This document shows positions 45,167-58,570 of a DNA stretch of 64,000 bases, piece by piece. How positions within the stretch are numbered: the stretch's first letter is position 1; the number at the start of each line of letters is the position of its first letter. The notes below the pieces were generated by a model. It saw only the letters and a program-made list of their open reading frames with translations. It was not told the origin of the DNA and did no database searches. A program made the position numbers and the translations under genes. This DNA comes from the human T2T-CHM13v2.0 reference genome, Homo sapiens. Location of the stretch: NCBI RefSeq assembly GCF_009914755.1, contig NC_060935.1; one strand, 5' to 3'.

Positions 45167-46274
45167 CAGACAGTTACATTAACAGAGATTAAGGAACATG
45201 CCTCACACTGTCTGACTCATAATAAATATGTATTTAACAAGTTTTAGTTTCTCCAGGTCTATTTTCAAGTTGCTGTCACAAGAGCCATATCAAGTCAAAT
45301 GCATTCAGTCACTTTTGTCAGAAACAGATTCTCTATACCATGGGGACAAGGATGTTTCAAATATAATCCATTTAACTGCCTCCTTGAGGACAAAATGGGG
45401 GGAAAAAGAAGAGTAAATAAAACCCACAGTGTCCAAGGTTTGAAGAATTGAGGTGTTCCAAATGGTAGCTTGTGCCTTGTTGTCCTGTTCCCACTTGAAA
45501 GCTCACACTTTAAAACCATGTGCTACCTGGAATTCCAGATGGCCAAATTAAGGAACCAAACCACCAAACAGAAGGTTCTGGTTCTCAACTATGATAATCT
45601 TAGGCATGTTAGGAAGGGGGTGTGGAGTGGCATATTTCCTAATGAAGGTGGAAAAAAACCCAGAACTGATTTGTCCCAGATGGCCACAAAAATGGGATTT
45701 TCTGGCTTTTGTAGCACCTCTCCCCATCTCTAAATTCAGCTGTGGCATTAAAGAAGATGCTTGGTTCATGTAAGACTGTAATCATGGAGTCTTACAAAAC
45801 CTTCTCCTTGTGGAATGTGTATGACATCTGGAATTAAAGGGGTATTCTCTTTTAATCACTGTTCAATCTTCCACAGGGATAAATGAGAATACGGGTAGCT
45901 TCCAGCTGCCCAAACTGATTTAGTTAAATAATGTAATCTATTTGTACACAAATGTGGAATAAATGTCACTGAAGTTCCTTAGCGTGCACTTATAATGAGT
46001 TATCCCTTCTCAAGGTAATTAGGAATGTTTAGTTTTTTTCAAATGCGTATCAAGCCTCATGATTGCCAATGAGCCAGAGACAACCTACATTAGCCTCCCA
46101 CAGCTGCTGACCTCTGCAACCACAGAAAAACCATTTCTGTCGGGGATAAGTGTCTCCTTTAAACTGTAGGTTTGGAGTGATTTTTTTTTTATTCCCTTTA
46201 AAATGTAATGTTCTAATACAGCCTCCATAGACCCAAGCCTCCTCAGAGCTAGTCAGGAAAAGGCAATCAGAATT

Positions 46275-46450
46275 TTAAGCTTAACAAGATCTTAGTAATC
46301 ATTTAGTTTAAACATTATTTTACCAGTGGGGGAATCTGAGGCCCAGAGAAGTTATATGCTTTGTCCAAGCCCACACAATGATTCAGTGTCTGACCTTAGA
46401 CTGAAACCCTGGATTCTGACATCCAGGTATCCACCTTTTTTCATACACAG
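46275..46450 (-). mobile_element. MIR/MIR3
   Basis: gaatctgaggcccagagaagtta..tgtccaagcccacaca. Confidence 0.7.
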
Positions 46451-46452
46451 CC

Positions 46453-47556
46453 TATTTTAGTCTGTTCAGGCTGTTATAACAAAACACTATAAAGTATTAG
46501 CATATAAATAAGAGAAATTTATTCTCATACTTCAGGAGGCTAGAAGTCCAAGGTCAAGGTCCTGGCAGATATGGTTCTAATGAGGGCCTGTTTCTAATAG
46601 ATGATACTGTTACAGTAGGTAGCTAGTAAGACATGAGCAGGGCAGAAGAGGCCCCCTCCCCACCCAACCACAAATGTCAGACAACCATCAGGTGATGGTC
46701 AGGGGGTTGTTAAACTGTGTCGCTAAAATAATAATTGGTCACAGCTGGCGCCAGGGAATGGCAGTCTCCCAATAGATAGAAACACCTGAAACTGGTGATC
46801 AGCAGCTTCCAGATAAGATCTCAGGAGATGGGCACTCAAGTGTGTGCACTAAAAGGCAAAATGGCAGTTTAGCTGGTTCTTGACCTTCCTCTAGGAACAC
46901 TTGACTGGTAAGGGAAGAGTGCCTCTAGCGAGCACGCATACAACTCCAGTAAACATATTGTGCATGAGGCCCCTCCCAAGCACTGGTGGGCCACTGTGCA
47001 TGAGGACAGCCCACCCCAAGGGAAGAATCAGGGGAGAGGGGGTGCAATGCCCAGAAATATGCCAACGTATAAAACTCCAAGTCAAAAATTAAACCGTGCA
47101 CTGGACTCTCTCAAGGCACCTGCTTGGCCCTCTTCCAAGTGTACTTTGTTCCTTCTCTATAATTTTTAATAAACTTTCACTCCTGCTCTAAAATTCGCTC
47201 AGTCTCTCACTGTGCCTTATGCTATTCGGTTGAACTCTTTCACCTGAGGCGGCAAGAATTGAGGTTGCTGCAGATCCATACAGATTCGCTGCCACTAGCA
47301 TACTTTGGTGCTCTGTGACTTGGGTTAAGTTCCGTGGTAATAGTACCTGCTAGCTGCATTCTCACATGATGGAAGAGAATCACTCCCATCCAAGACACTA
47401 GCTCCCTGTAATGTCTTGTAAGGTATACTTTAATGAGGGCAGAACCCTCATGACCTAGTTACCTCCCAAAAGGCCCCACCTCTTAATATCATCACCTTGG
47501 GAGCTAGGATTCAACTTATGAATTTTGGAGGGAACACAAATGTTCATACAATAGCA
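46453..47556 (-). mobile_element. MLT1A-like solo LTR (46453-46607 and 47343-47556) split by MER50
   Basis: tattttagtctgttcaggctg..ggaggctagaagtccaaggtcaagg | ctcacatg..ccctcatgacc..aaaggccccacctcttaat..atagca. Confidence 0.85.
46608..47342 (+). mobile_element. MER50-like solo LTR (ERV1)
   Basis: tgttacagtaggtagctag..gacatgagcagggcag; TATAAAA 47068-47074, AATAAA 47168-47173; TSD atac/gtac. Confidence 0.85.
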
Positions 47557-48671
47557 CAATCCTTCTTATCCTTCATCTTCTTAAAATGAAAAATTACAGG
47601 ATGAAAAAGGCAAAGCTCTATGGAGAGGAGAACCTGACCTCTAAAGGAAAGGCAATCAGATGCCAGGCAGTGCCAGGCCAAATGTGCTCTGTATAATCTT
47701 GAGCAAGTTACCTCACAAGTGAGAGCCTCAGTTTCTTTACCAGAAAAATGGGACTTTGACCTGATTTCTAGAGATTTTTCTGTTTGATCATAGACATTTT
47801 TCCATCATACGCTCCTTTGGATATTTGTGACTCCTTTACCTTCATTTCTTGTTCTTAAATACATCTTCCCAAGGATCTGATTTGCTAAATCACCAAATTA
47901 AAGAAAAAAAGAAGCTACTAAAAAGATAAAGGCTAGATGAAGGCTAAATGAAGAATGATTTCACATAGTATCTTCTTTTGAGAGACAAAGCATGCAAGAA
48001 AGAAGACATAGCAGAAACCACCAAGTCAACAAAATGAGATTGTGCCTTTTGCTGATGAATATCCATCTTACTGTTTTGGTCAGATAACTGTGGAAGAAGC
48101 AATTCTATCACCTTGTGCAAAATGGATGCCTCTGCAGCTACTCATGGCTTTCATGAGAAAAAGTAATCATTGTGTGCTATTTGAATGTCTTCATAAATAT
48201 AATTTATAGCTATGATACTGATCAGTCTTGCACAGTCTTAGAAGATCAATAGTGCCATGTTCATTAGTCCTGCATTGAACAGCTCTCAAACTTTGGCCAG
48301 AAGATGGTAACTGTTTTTAATGATATTTTTGGCAGTTGAAATCAAAAGTGGATTCTGTGTCACTAGTAATTTCCTTAGTTATCTAAGGGCTTTTTTAATT
48401 TCCTCATTCAACCATGAAGGTCAAAGTGTTGCTATCTACAAAGACAACTGTGGCTGCATTGGACTCTTAGGACAAAGAATATGATTATTTGTATATAGTT
48501 GGATATAGCTGCTCAGCGATAGTTGTTTTTACTCAAGCTCTATGGCAATGGGAAGGTTGTACTCCATGCCTGGAGGCATCATGAACATTTTTGAAAGAAA
48601 AAGAATAGACCTGGGTTCTAATTCCAGCAGTACTATTTGCTTACAGGTTTTGAGTTTTGGAAGTTATTTAA

Positions 48672-49207
48672 TGTGGTAGATTGTTCCTTGGATGACCCCC
48701 AGTAAACTACTCCTCTCAGTATGCATGCTGTAGTATAGTCCCCTTGAACCTGTGATGCTTTAATCATAAGCTATATTTTTAAACATGGTCTGTTTTAACC
48801 AACAGAATGTGGTGGACCTGACATTCTGCCACTTGTTGAACTAAATCTTAAGGCTTGGAAGCTTCCACTTTTGCACTTTGTGGAAAGATGGCCACCAAAT
48901 AAGAAGTCTGACTACACTGAGACTGCCATGCTGTGAGGAAGCCCAAGCAGTCACGTGGTGAGGCACACATGGCAGAGGACTAAGGGTGTGGTAGCTACTG
49001 CATTTGAGCTCCCAGTGGGTGATATGCACCAGCTACAGTCATGTAACCAAGAACACTTTGTACCTTCTACAGTACCTTTGGCCAGTACCCCACCGACACA
49101 ACATGAAGCAGAAGTGCTAGCTTAACCAACAGCATTATAAAACAATAAATCGTGTTAAGTCACTTTTTTGGAGTGTCTTTTTAAATAAAGCAGTGCAAAT
49201 CAGAAAG
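48672..49207 (+). mobile_element. MLT1G/H-like solo LTR, inserted in a MIR
   Basis: tgtggtagattg..aaccaacagaatgtggtgg..aagaagtctgactacactgagactgccatgctgtgaggaagcccaagc..aataaat. Confidence 0.8.
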
Positions 49208-49824
49208 AGCCAACCTCTCAAGCTTCCCTCTGAAGCCTTTTCCCATATGGAAAATGAAGTATATGGCTAGAGAATCTGTAGACTGCATCAAAATACTTAT
49301 GGCATCCAACCCCCTGATCAATCTTGCCTCAGTCAGTATTTCAGGCTTCCTCTTCTTTGACTGACCCTAGAAATGACACTCCAGCCACTTTGGCCATTTA
49401 GAATTCTCCAACATTTGGACATTTGCAATTTTTTGAACAATTGAACTACTTGACACTTCATAACAGTATAACTTCATTCTTCCTTTTCTCTTCTGTTTCT
49501 CTGACATGAAGACCTTTCCCTATCAGGTAAAATGCCATCTCTTCTGTGAGCTTTTCTCACTCACCCTTGCCCACCTGCCACCTACAACTCCTGACAAAGT
49601 AATTGCCTCTGGGCTCCTAGAAATGTTATATTAAGGAAGACTTTTTACCACAATTATAGCTAGGAACATATGGCAAATTCCTTCAGGGGCCAAACTAAAA
49701 GATGTTCTTACATCTCTCTAACCATTAGCAATCTTTCTTTTTTATTTAGAAGTTTTTTTAAAAAAAAATTATGAGCTTTAAAAAATTAGAATATTGCACA
49801 TACACACACACACATACACCTAGC

Positions 49825-50060
49825 AGTTATTAAATGCCCATTGTGCACTAGGAATAGTGCTAAATATTTTGTTTGGATTACTTCTTTGAATCTTTACAGT
49901 AACCCATATTAGGCAAGTGCTATTACTATCTTTATTTTACACATAAGACTAAGTCTTAGATGGTTTTTAGTGACTTCCCAGGGCTGCCTAACTAGTGAGG
50001 GCTTGGTCAGGGTTTGAACCGAGGCTGCATGATTCTGGAGACAAAGACTTTCCACTGCTA
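49825..50060 (-). mobile_element. MIR, near full length
   Basis: tattaaatgccca.tgtgc..tttgaatctttacagtaaccc..attttacac..gggtttgaacc. Confidence 0.7.
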
Positions 50061-51257
50061 CTCAGAGTCCTTGTCCCTTCAATTGTGTGTCTCAGCTAGG
50101 TTTGGAGTACTTTGCACAGAGCAAGTGCTCAATATTTACTGAATAAACAAATGAGTTAATATGTGAGGAAATGCATAATTCACTTCAAATGCATAGACAA
50201 CATTTCAAATCATAATATGGGAAAAGCAAGCATACTTTACACTTCCCAAAACCACTGCTTAAACCAAAGTATAGCAGCACATGGACTCTCCTCATCACTT
50301 GCACTCAGAGAGTTATTAGCTATTAGAAGAGTTGCTTGACCCTGGGGATGGCACCTTGTTTGTTTCTTAATTTCTGAGAAACGGTTCCTGGGGCACAACA
50401 CTCTGATTCCCCTCTGGCTTGACTAGATGACCAGTGGTCTTTGACATAAGCAAATGGGTTTACCCAGTTCTCAAGGTGTTGTAACACTTCCTTACAGCAT
50501 ATTTACAAACGGCCTCATCTGAGAAACTGTGAGTGAGGAAAGCAGCATAAGAAGAAATAAATGTGCATTAGCTGCAGGGCTATATGGTAGGCACAGGCCT
50601 ACATGGTCTCAGGAATGTTATCTTACTTAATTGTCATTAAAGTTAAAGATAAGATCCAGAGAATGTAAGCTCTTGTCCCCATGCCACACGGCTGGTGAAC
50701 AGAGGTGTCAGAGGGTGTTTCAAATGCAAATCTGTCTGATCCCAAACTGGTGCTTCTTCCACTCCATCACACAGCTTCTCATGATCTCTATTTTTGGAGA
50801 GTCCATATGTCATATATACATGACAATTATCAAATACACAAGATGCCTTATAATTAAATGCCATCTGAGAGAGTTACAGAAATGTGTTATTATATGGATC
50901 TGAGGAAGAAGTCACTGTGTGCAAATGTAGTCTGAGAAGGCTTCCTAGTTGAGGTGAGACTTGATACAGAACTCGAGAGATAGCCAGGGGGTGGGATATT
51001 GATGGACTCTTGGCCAAAGAGCATGCACAGTTTTCTTTCTTTTTCAGCCAAGAGCTATTACAGAAAGTCCACTATGTGTAAGTCACTTTCCTAGGTGTCA
51101 TACCTGACACCTAACAAGTAAGATGAGGTTGCTTTACATTGTCTCTGTGCCTGCGTGCACACACGCTTTTCCTTCCACCTACCATGCTCCCCCTGAGATT
51201 GTCCACCTGCTGAATCTCTCATTGCTAATGATCCAGCCTCAGCATCTTTTGCATTTA

Positions 51258-51480
51258 TCTAGTGGTTAAGTCTGTGGGTCACTGAGTCAAATTATCAAGA
51301 TTCGAATCCTGGTTCTACTAGTAAGTAAATGTATGAGTCTTGGGTAACTAACTTCTCTAGACTCCTCATTTGTAAAATAAAGTCACATACCTCATAATAG
51401 TGAGACAAAAATTAATTCAGTTAATATGCATAAAGAAATCAACATAGTACCTGACAGTTTTCTGGGTCAACAAACATTAT
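51258..51480 (+). mobile_element. MIR
   Basis: tagtggttaag..ttcgaatcctggttctac..ctcctcatttgtaaaat..acctcata. Confidence 0.8.
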
Positions 51481-51494
51481 CTGGAAAAATAATG

Positions 51495-51590
51495 GCGATG
51501 ATGATGAAGAAGGTAGAAGAGGAGAAAGGGGAGAAGAGGAAAAAGGGATGAGGACAGGGGAAGAGAGGTGGGAGAAGGAGAGAGAAAACA
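51495..51590. repeat. GA-rich low-complexity tract
   Basis: Directly visible purine run. Confidence 0.8.
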
Positions 51591-52169
51591 AAAAGCAACT
51601 TTTTCTGACAACCCCATAACCCCCAACACTGGACTATGCTCCCCTTGATCGTCTACTGTTCAAAGCACAGGCGACTTACGGTTCTGTCATCCTGGCTCCT
51701 CCTCACCCCCATCAGATGGTGAGCTTCTTAAGGACAAGAACAATTATACGTACATCTGGATTTCTGCTGTTTGGCATCAGCTAGGCTTTCAGCAAATCCT
51801 CAATAAAAGAGTATTGAATGAGTTTATGAAGTACTCATAAATATGTTATTGCCTATGGTTGCCCAAAAGGGAAAAAGGGAAACAAATGGTTACCAGAAAG
51901 ATAGAATGTTTTAATGTGCACTAGTAGAAAAATACTTCTTCTAGAGGGAAGTAAAAATTGTTAGAGGAATTGGTGGGGTGAGGGGGAAGAAAAATGAAGC
52001 TAGTTATTTGAATACCTGGCATGTGGCAACCACTATGCTGGGACAGCTGCAAATACTAGCTGTATTGATACTACATAAAGATCCCATTAATTCCTGCTTA
52101 TTATAGGGCTGATGATCACATACAATAGTGACAGTAATGTTAAAAATAGAAGTGATTTATTAAATTCGT

Positions 52170-52380
52170 TTAATTGGATTGTTCCTGGTAAATTTCTGGT
52201 TCTCTTCTGTACTTTATTGTATTTGATTCTCAGAAGGATTATTTGTGGTAGGTATTATTATGTCCATTTTGTAAAAGAGGAAAGCAGTTCAGGGAAGTTA
52301 AATTACTTTATCAAAGTTATGCAGCTGGGCAAGAACAGAGCCAGTTCTGAATGAATCCAAATCAATGGTCATTTCTATGA
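52170..52380 (-). mobile_element. MIR
   Basis: ggtaggtattattatgtccattttgtaaaagaggaaagc..gggaagttaaattactt. Confidence 0.7.
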
Positions 52381-52635
52381 AGTGATGGCAGCACTACCAC
52401 CCAGATGTCAGCACCCTCTGGATTCCATCACCAAATATTGGGTCAAATCCATTACCACAAAGTCAGGGTTGACCCATTGTGTTGCTGAACAGATGCAACT
52501 ACTTTGTCAATCTTTGGCTTATTTAAATCTCACTTGAAAGGGAAAATAAATGAGATGAGAGTGTTGAAATAGATCTATAAAAACAAATAGTGCTAAAGAG
52601 ACAGCAAAGCAGTGCCTGGGTTTTCCCGTAAACCT

Positions 52636-53835
52636 TAGGAGGATGCTGTGACAATGTGCCTTTGGACCTCCAACTACAGGGACCTCCAACATGGGGCTTT
52701 GGCTGGGCTGCCCCTGCCCAGCCAAGGCCCCGGCTGCTGCTCTTTGAAATCCATTGCTGAGTTAGCTCCAACGCTGTGTTTCCCATGGGCTGTTCCAGTT
52801 CAAGGACAGAACGTGGCAGGGACATGAAGGTTATTATTCTATTCAGTTAGTATTCCACTAAGGCTACTATTCCAGGTAACTAGTTCCTGTGATACTGAAA
52901 TTCCTTTGAACTGACTTTGGCTTGAGGGCTCCCCAGTAGCTTTGCCAGACCTCATTTAGATTGTGTGGCAGTCAAGGATATTTCCATTCAAACTTCTCTC
53001 CCTCTCTCCTTCACTTGAGGTCACAGATTTTCTTGCGATCTGTTGGCTGTCTCAGTATTCCCTGGTAACCTCCCTATTATTTCTCAAACAGCCTTCTTTC
53101 CTAATGAGATCCTTTTATTTTTATTTTTTAAATTTAAGTTCTGGGATAAATGTGCAGAACATGCAGGTTTGTTACATAGGTATATGTGTGCCATGGTGGT
53201 TTGCTGCACCTATTGGCCCATCCTCTAAGTTCCCTCCCCTTATCCCCGACCCCCAACAGGCCCTGGTGTGTGTTGTTCCCCTCCCTGTGTCCATGTGTTC
53301 TCATTGTTCAACTCCCACTTATGAGTAAGAACATGCAGTGTTTGGTTTTCTGTTCCTGTGTTAGTTTGCTGAGGATGCGGCTTCTAGCTTCATCCATGTC
53401 CCTGCAAAGGACATGATCTCACTCCTTTTTATGGCTGCATAGTATTCCATGGTGTATATGTACCACATTCTCTTTATCCAGTCTATCATTGATGGACATT
53501 TGGGTTAGTTCCATGACTTTGCTATTGTAGACAGTGCTGCAATAAACATGCAATTGCATGTGTCTTTACAGTAGAAAAATTTATATTCCTTTGGGTATAT
53601 ATACCCAGTAATTGGATTGCTGGGTCAAATGGTATTTTCTGGTTCTAGGTCCTTGAGGAATCGTCAGTGTCTTCCACGATGGTTGAGCTAATTTACATTT
53701 TCACCAACAGTGTAAAAGCATTCCTATTTCTCCACAGGCTTGCCAGCATCTATTGTTTCTTGACTTTTAAATAAAGGATCCTTATATATTTAATCTGGTT
53801 TAGGGTCTTCTTCTTGGAGGACCCAGACTAATACA
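52636..53835 (+). mobile_element. LTR16-family (LTR16E-like, ERVL) solo LTR split by an L1PA
   Basis: ggatgctgtg start, gctgctgctctttgaaatcca, end ttcttggaggacccagactaataca. Confidence 0.65.
53115..53772 (-). mobile_element. 5'-truncated L1 (L1PA10-like)
   Basis: Reverse 3' UTR ccatcctctaagttccctcccc..caacaggccctggtgtgtgttgttccc; TSD core gatcctt at 53108-53114 and 53777-53783. Confidence 0.9.
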
Positions 53836-53984
53836 ATGCAGAGCAGCTGTATCTCAGCAGATTATCTCACAGACTGATTCAGTTCTGCCAATGATTTTTA
53901 TGCAAAATGAGAAAATAAAACTTAAAAAGGATGACTTGTATGGAATATCAGCTCTCTTAAAATATAAAAAGAGGTTTTTAAAAT

Positions 53985-54160
53985 TTGTTATATGTTTTGC
54001 TTACAGGATCTCATTTATTCCTGACTATAACACTGTGGTGTAATATTTTCATTGTCCAGATGAACAATCTAAATCTCAAAAAACTTATAACACTTTCCCA
54101 AGTTTACACAGTGATTTGGTAGTGAGCTAAGCTCCAATCTATGTCTTACGACTCCCAGTA
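53985..54160 (-). mobile_element. MIR
   Basis: atctcatttattcct..cattgtccagatga..tttcccaagtttacacag. Confidence 0.55.
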
Positions 54161-55549
54161 TTTTCACAGAATGTGCTCACATGTGAGCACATTCAGCTTC
54201 AGCTGTTGCTCATGTCAATGTCAGGTTGACATTATAGTAAAATATAATGTGCTCCAGGCCTGATTAAATGATTTTGCAGAAAAGACATGTGCCTAGCACA
54301 GGTTTAGTAATAAATGTTCAATGGTGGTCAGTTGAATTAAATTGGAAATTGGTATACGTGGAAAAGACTTGTGATGTTTACCAAGCATCTAATCACCTAG
54401 GAGCTATGCAAAGTTGAATACTTCAGCTTTCAAATATCATGTTTGTTTTTTGAAGGAAAAAATAGCTGCAGAGCAAAAAAGAAAAAAAAAAGAATAAATA
54501 TGAGATGCAGGTAAATAGTGGAAGCTGAGAACAGAAGGATTTATAAACCCACAGACTATACAACTCACATTTGTACAGCAGGCTGCGGCTTGCTGAGCAC
54601 TTTCATGCATAGTGCTGCATAGACTCTTTACAACAGCTCTGGGAGGGATGTACGATCATCCCTCTTGTAGAGATGGGACTAAAGAGGTTCAGAGAAGAAA
54701 ATAAAAACCATTTTTCCTCCATGCATGGCCCTTTATTACAGCAGCAAGGGGTCCTGAATGACACTCAAGGGGATTGACATATTGGGGTAGAATGAGTGAA
54801 GTTAGGGAGCTAGAGGTCCATATGTGACTGCCGTCACAGATTTCATCATGGGAAGTGGTGATTAAGGAGTGGATTTTCATGCTGGGCATAAAAACGCAAG
54901 ATCCAAGGCTGCTCAGGTTTGGGAACACTGGTGAATAACACCTTTGGCATAAATATGGTATAGTGTAATGGCAATTATGGATCACTCTCATGGCCTTGTG
55001 GCCAGAGCAGATCAATGACACAGCAGTGTGAGGAAGAATGTGCCAAATGTCATGTGGTGACCGCTAACCAAAGAGTTCTGGGGCACATGTAAGCCCCCCT
55101 CCACTGAGGACATTGAGACCTAACTGGGTCAGCTTTCACTGTGGAATGGAGGTCCTGTGCATGCAAGTTTAGATAAGAGTGAAATTTGGAGTTTTACTTT
55201 TAATGTGACTCTTCTCCCACAGACCAAGACAATTCCAATTCAGGTTATCCTTCTATATGAAGTATTGGGGGATAGATTTTGGTTAAAGGACATGAGCCTT
55301 GCACTAGAAGTAGGCAGCCTGATTCAAGTATCAGCATCGCAACTAACTAGTTATGTAACTTTGAGCAAATGACCACTGCTATCTGATCATCAAAAGAAGA
55401 GGGTAAGACTAGAGCTAAAATGCCCTCCACAAGCATGTGGATGATGCTTTAGGTGACAATAGGCGGTGACAATAGGCAGTGACGGAGGCCTTTGTGAACT
55501 GAAGAATATGGGTGCTACCTACAGGTATTCAAATACAAAATTTTTAAAA

Positions 55550-55810
55550 TTCAGTGCTGGAAAAAAATCTTCAGTCCAACTCTGGTGTATGGACTACCAT
55601 TTTATAACCTCTAGATAAGATATTGGCTACTCTAAAATTTAATTACTTCTACGAGGAAAATTAATGAAACTGATTCCCTTTCAAGAAAAATTAGCCATTG
55701 TTGAATATTTACTATGGTAGGGTAAATACCTCTTCATATCAAATCAGGTGGGTTTTTTTTCCATAGGTTTTACTCCTACTGACCATAGAAGACAGTGGAA
55801 CAAGCACTCC
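55550..55810 (-). mobile_element. Possible L3/CR1 relic
   Basis: gtgctggaaaaaaatcttcagtccaac...ccattgttgaata..; highly diverged. Confidence 0.35.
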
Positions 55811-57821
55811 ATATGCAGTGAGCTTGGGTGATAATATTCAGAAATAATACAACAGAGTCTAGGCTTCTAGGTTTGTAAATAGACTTTTGCTAATAGCAAG
55901 AGAGCCAACAACAACAACAAAAAGAAAAGAAAATCACGGCTGGTTGGCTTAAAGCTCAGCTTTATTCTGTGAACCACAGAGAAGTGATTGACAGGGGGTA
56001 AAGGAAAATTGGAGGGCAGATAATGAGAACTCCACTGCTTGAGAGAAACTGAAAAGAGGCCCATGCCATAAAAATTCCAGATATGTTTCCAGGATGTTTC
56101 CAAAGTGGACGCTATCAGCAATTGTCTCCATACAGTATGCCCAGGAGAGTGGATGGAAAGTCTTATATTCCACATAGTGTGTGAGCAGTAGAATAGCAAA
56201 GACTGAGGGTGGTTTTAGCTAGATGGCCTTCATAATACTATTACACAATCTTGTGACCCTTTTGTGATGTCGGGAAGGCCGCTCTGAGAACTCTAAATCT
56301 CAAGGAAAGAGGAACAGGAACAGCAAAGAAAGCTGAAGGGCTAAGAGGCCTGGCTGATTGGAAGAGGATACGAAGTCAGAAAACCCTGCTACGGGAAGCC
56401 AAAGTGATGCTCAGGCATCAGCCATGGCATGGCATAGGCATTTGCTCAATGGTGTACCTCTTAGTGGGTCTCATTAGGGTCTTCCCTTGACCTGAGAGAA
56501 GACTGTAAGTTAAGTCAATAAACACTGACTGAGCCCTGATATACCAATTCCTGGGGAAATTGTTAGAGTAAAGGTAAACAGTTACAGTCCCACGTGTAGA
56601 GCAAAGTACACCAAGAATATAACAGAGAAAGAAGAAAGGAGCTCATAAGGTGAATAAAAGGGGAAGGCATTTCAAGTAGAGGATACCAAAGAGTACCCAA
56701 AGATGAAATCGAGCTACTCGCTAGGAGGAGCAGACTGTGAAGTTGCAGCCCTGCAGGGTGAGTGGGCGATGGAGCTCTTGTGTATGAAAAGTAGGCAAGT
56801 AAAGGGAAGTAAGTCTGGGAGAGTAATAAAACCACTCCAGGCTTATGACTGAAGGGATTCTTGAGGGTACACAAGTGAAAATGGCAAAGCATACAATAGT
56901 TATGCAAGACCTCAAAGGGGGACTGAGCACCGCGTTAGAGAGGAGAACTGAAATAACTCTTTTCTTTCTGAGCTAAATAATCTCACGAGAGCCTCTGTAT
57001 CCCCTGAAGTCATAATTGTGACTGGAATATAGCATTTGCCCAATAAATATTAAAAGAATATATACACTTCTGTTCTAAATAAGGATATACTTTCTAATAT
57101 TAAAAAGTTGCTCAAAGATAGCCTAAGATACCAAGGTGAGTATTGAGAACTCCAAACTCTGTGTAAGGCTGCCATTTGGGGTTGGTTCATACAACCTCTT
57201 TATTCCCTTCAGGTGCTGAAGCCTTTGCACTGGGTTTGGAGAGGGCAGTTGGCAGTGGATGAGAGGCTTGGGAAGCTGCAGGAACCAAAGAATGCATTGA
57301 TTTATCTACTGGGTCTGGGGCCAGCCCTGCTAATCTTTGGGAAACTCTATTGCCAATTAAATAAATATTAGTTAAATAAGCACAAACAAGTGAAAAATAA
57401 AGAAACTAGAGAGAAAATACTCTAGATCATCATCATCTGGTCGCACTCACTTCTCTCCTACACACATCCAGATTTTGGAATCTGGATCCTGCCGTGTTCC
57501 CTCTCCCTCAGAGGCCTTTACTCAAAGAATCTTGTCACGTAAAGTCCTCATCCTTGGCCCTTCCTCATGGGCTTGTTGGTGTCAATTCATAGGTGATGCA
57601 TCCTCTGCTTCACTTTACCCTGCTTCAGGGTGAAGCAGAGGCTCTCTTGTGTTTGTTTTCCTAGCACTCTGCTTTGTTTTGGCATTTATAATATTATCTA
57701 ATTATTACTAATCATTGTTTACATGCTTGTCTCCCCTTCTGACATATGTATTTTTCATGGGTAATGATAATTTCTCTTTTGTTTTCCTCTAGTGTCTACT
57801 ACAATGCTTGGCACATAGTAG

Positions 57822-57823
<2 letters not shown>

Positions 57824-57856
<33 letters not shown>

Positions 57857-58140
57857 AGACGGAATCTTGCTCTGTCGCCCAGGCTGGAGTGCGGTGGCGT
57901 GGCATGATCTTGGCTCACTGCAACCTCCACCTCCTGGGTTCAGGCGATTCTTCTGTCTCAACCTGCTGAGTAGCTGGGACTACAGGCGCATGCCACCACA
58001 TCTGGCTAATTTTTGTATTTTTAGTAGAGATGAGTTTTCACCATATTGACCACGTTAGTCTTGAACTCCTCACCTCATGATCTGCCCACCTCAGCCTCCC
58101 AATGTGTTGGGATTATAGGTGTGAGCCACCGAGCCCAGAC
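57824..58140 (-). mobile_element. Alu, AluSg/Sx-like, inserted in an L2 3' end
   Basis: Reverse Alu with T tail; TSD core catagtag at 57814-57821 and 58141-58148, inside L2 motif tgcttggcacatagtag. Confidence 0.95.
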
Positions 58141-58570
58141 CATAGTAGATTCTTAATACATATTTGAAGGAATCCCCATCTTACAGCCATTCATTCCTTC
58201 TTATTACTTCAACTATGAAGCACTTCATGCCTAATATCATTTATCAAGTGTGTAAAGATAAAGATTCCTATTATTTCCTCTTATTCAATATAACCTGACC
58301 CTTTTCTGCAGATTTCATCCATCAATCAAGATCCAGCTGAAATGTAACCTCCAGAATCTCTTCCCTGATCACACCAGTTCTCATTATTCTCTTTGTCAAT
58401 GTACTTCCATAGTTCTTGCTTTATACTTTGTGCCATCCAATTTCTGCTTTCCACCTTTTTGCTTTTATATCCTAGAGGTACACTAGGATACACTAGAAAC
58501 ACTAGGAAAAAAAGTATGCACCTGAGGATTTCAAAATTGGAACATCTGGGCTTGTCTGATGAGTTCTCTT

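Noticed and set aside
51092-51113. 9-bp stem hairpin taggtgtca-tacc-tgacaccta
   Set aside because: A few stems of this length are expected by chance in 64 kb
58480-58506. Three copies of acactag
   Set aside because: Trivial short imperfect tandem repeat
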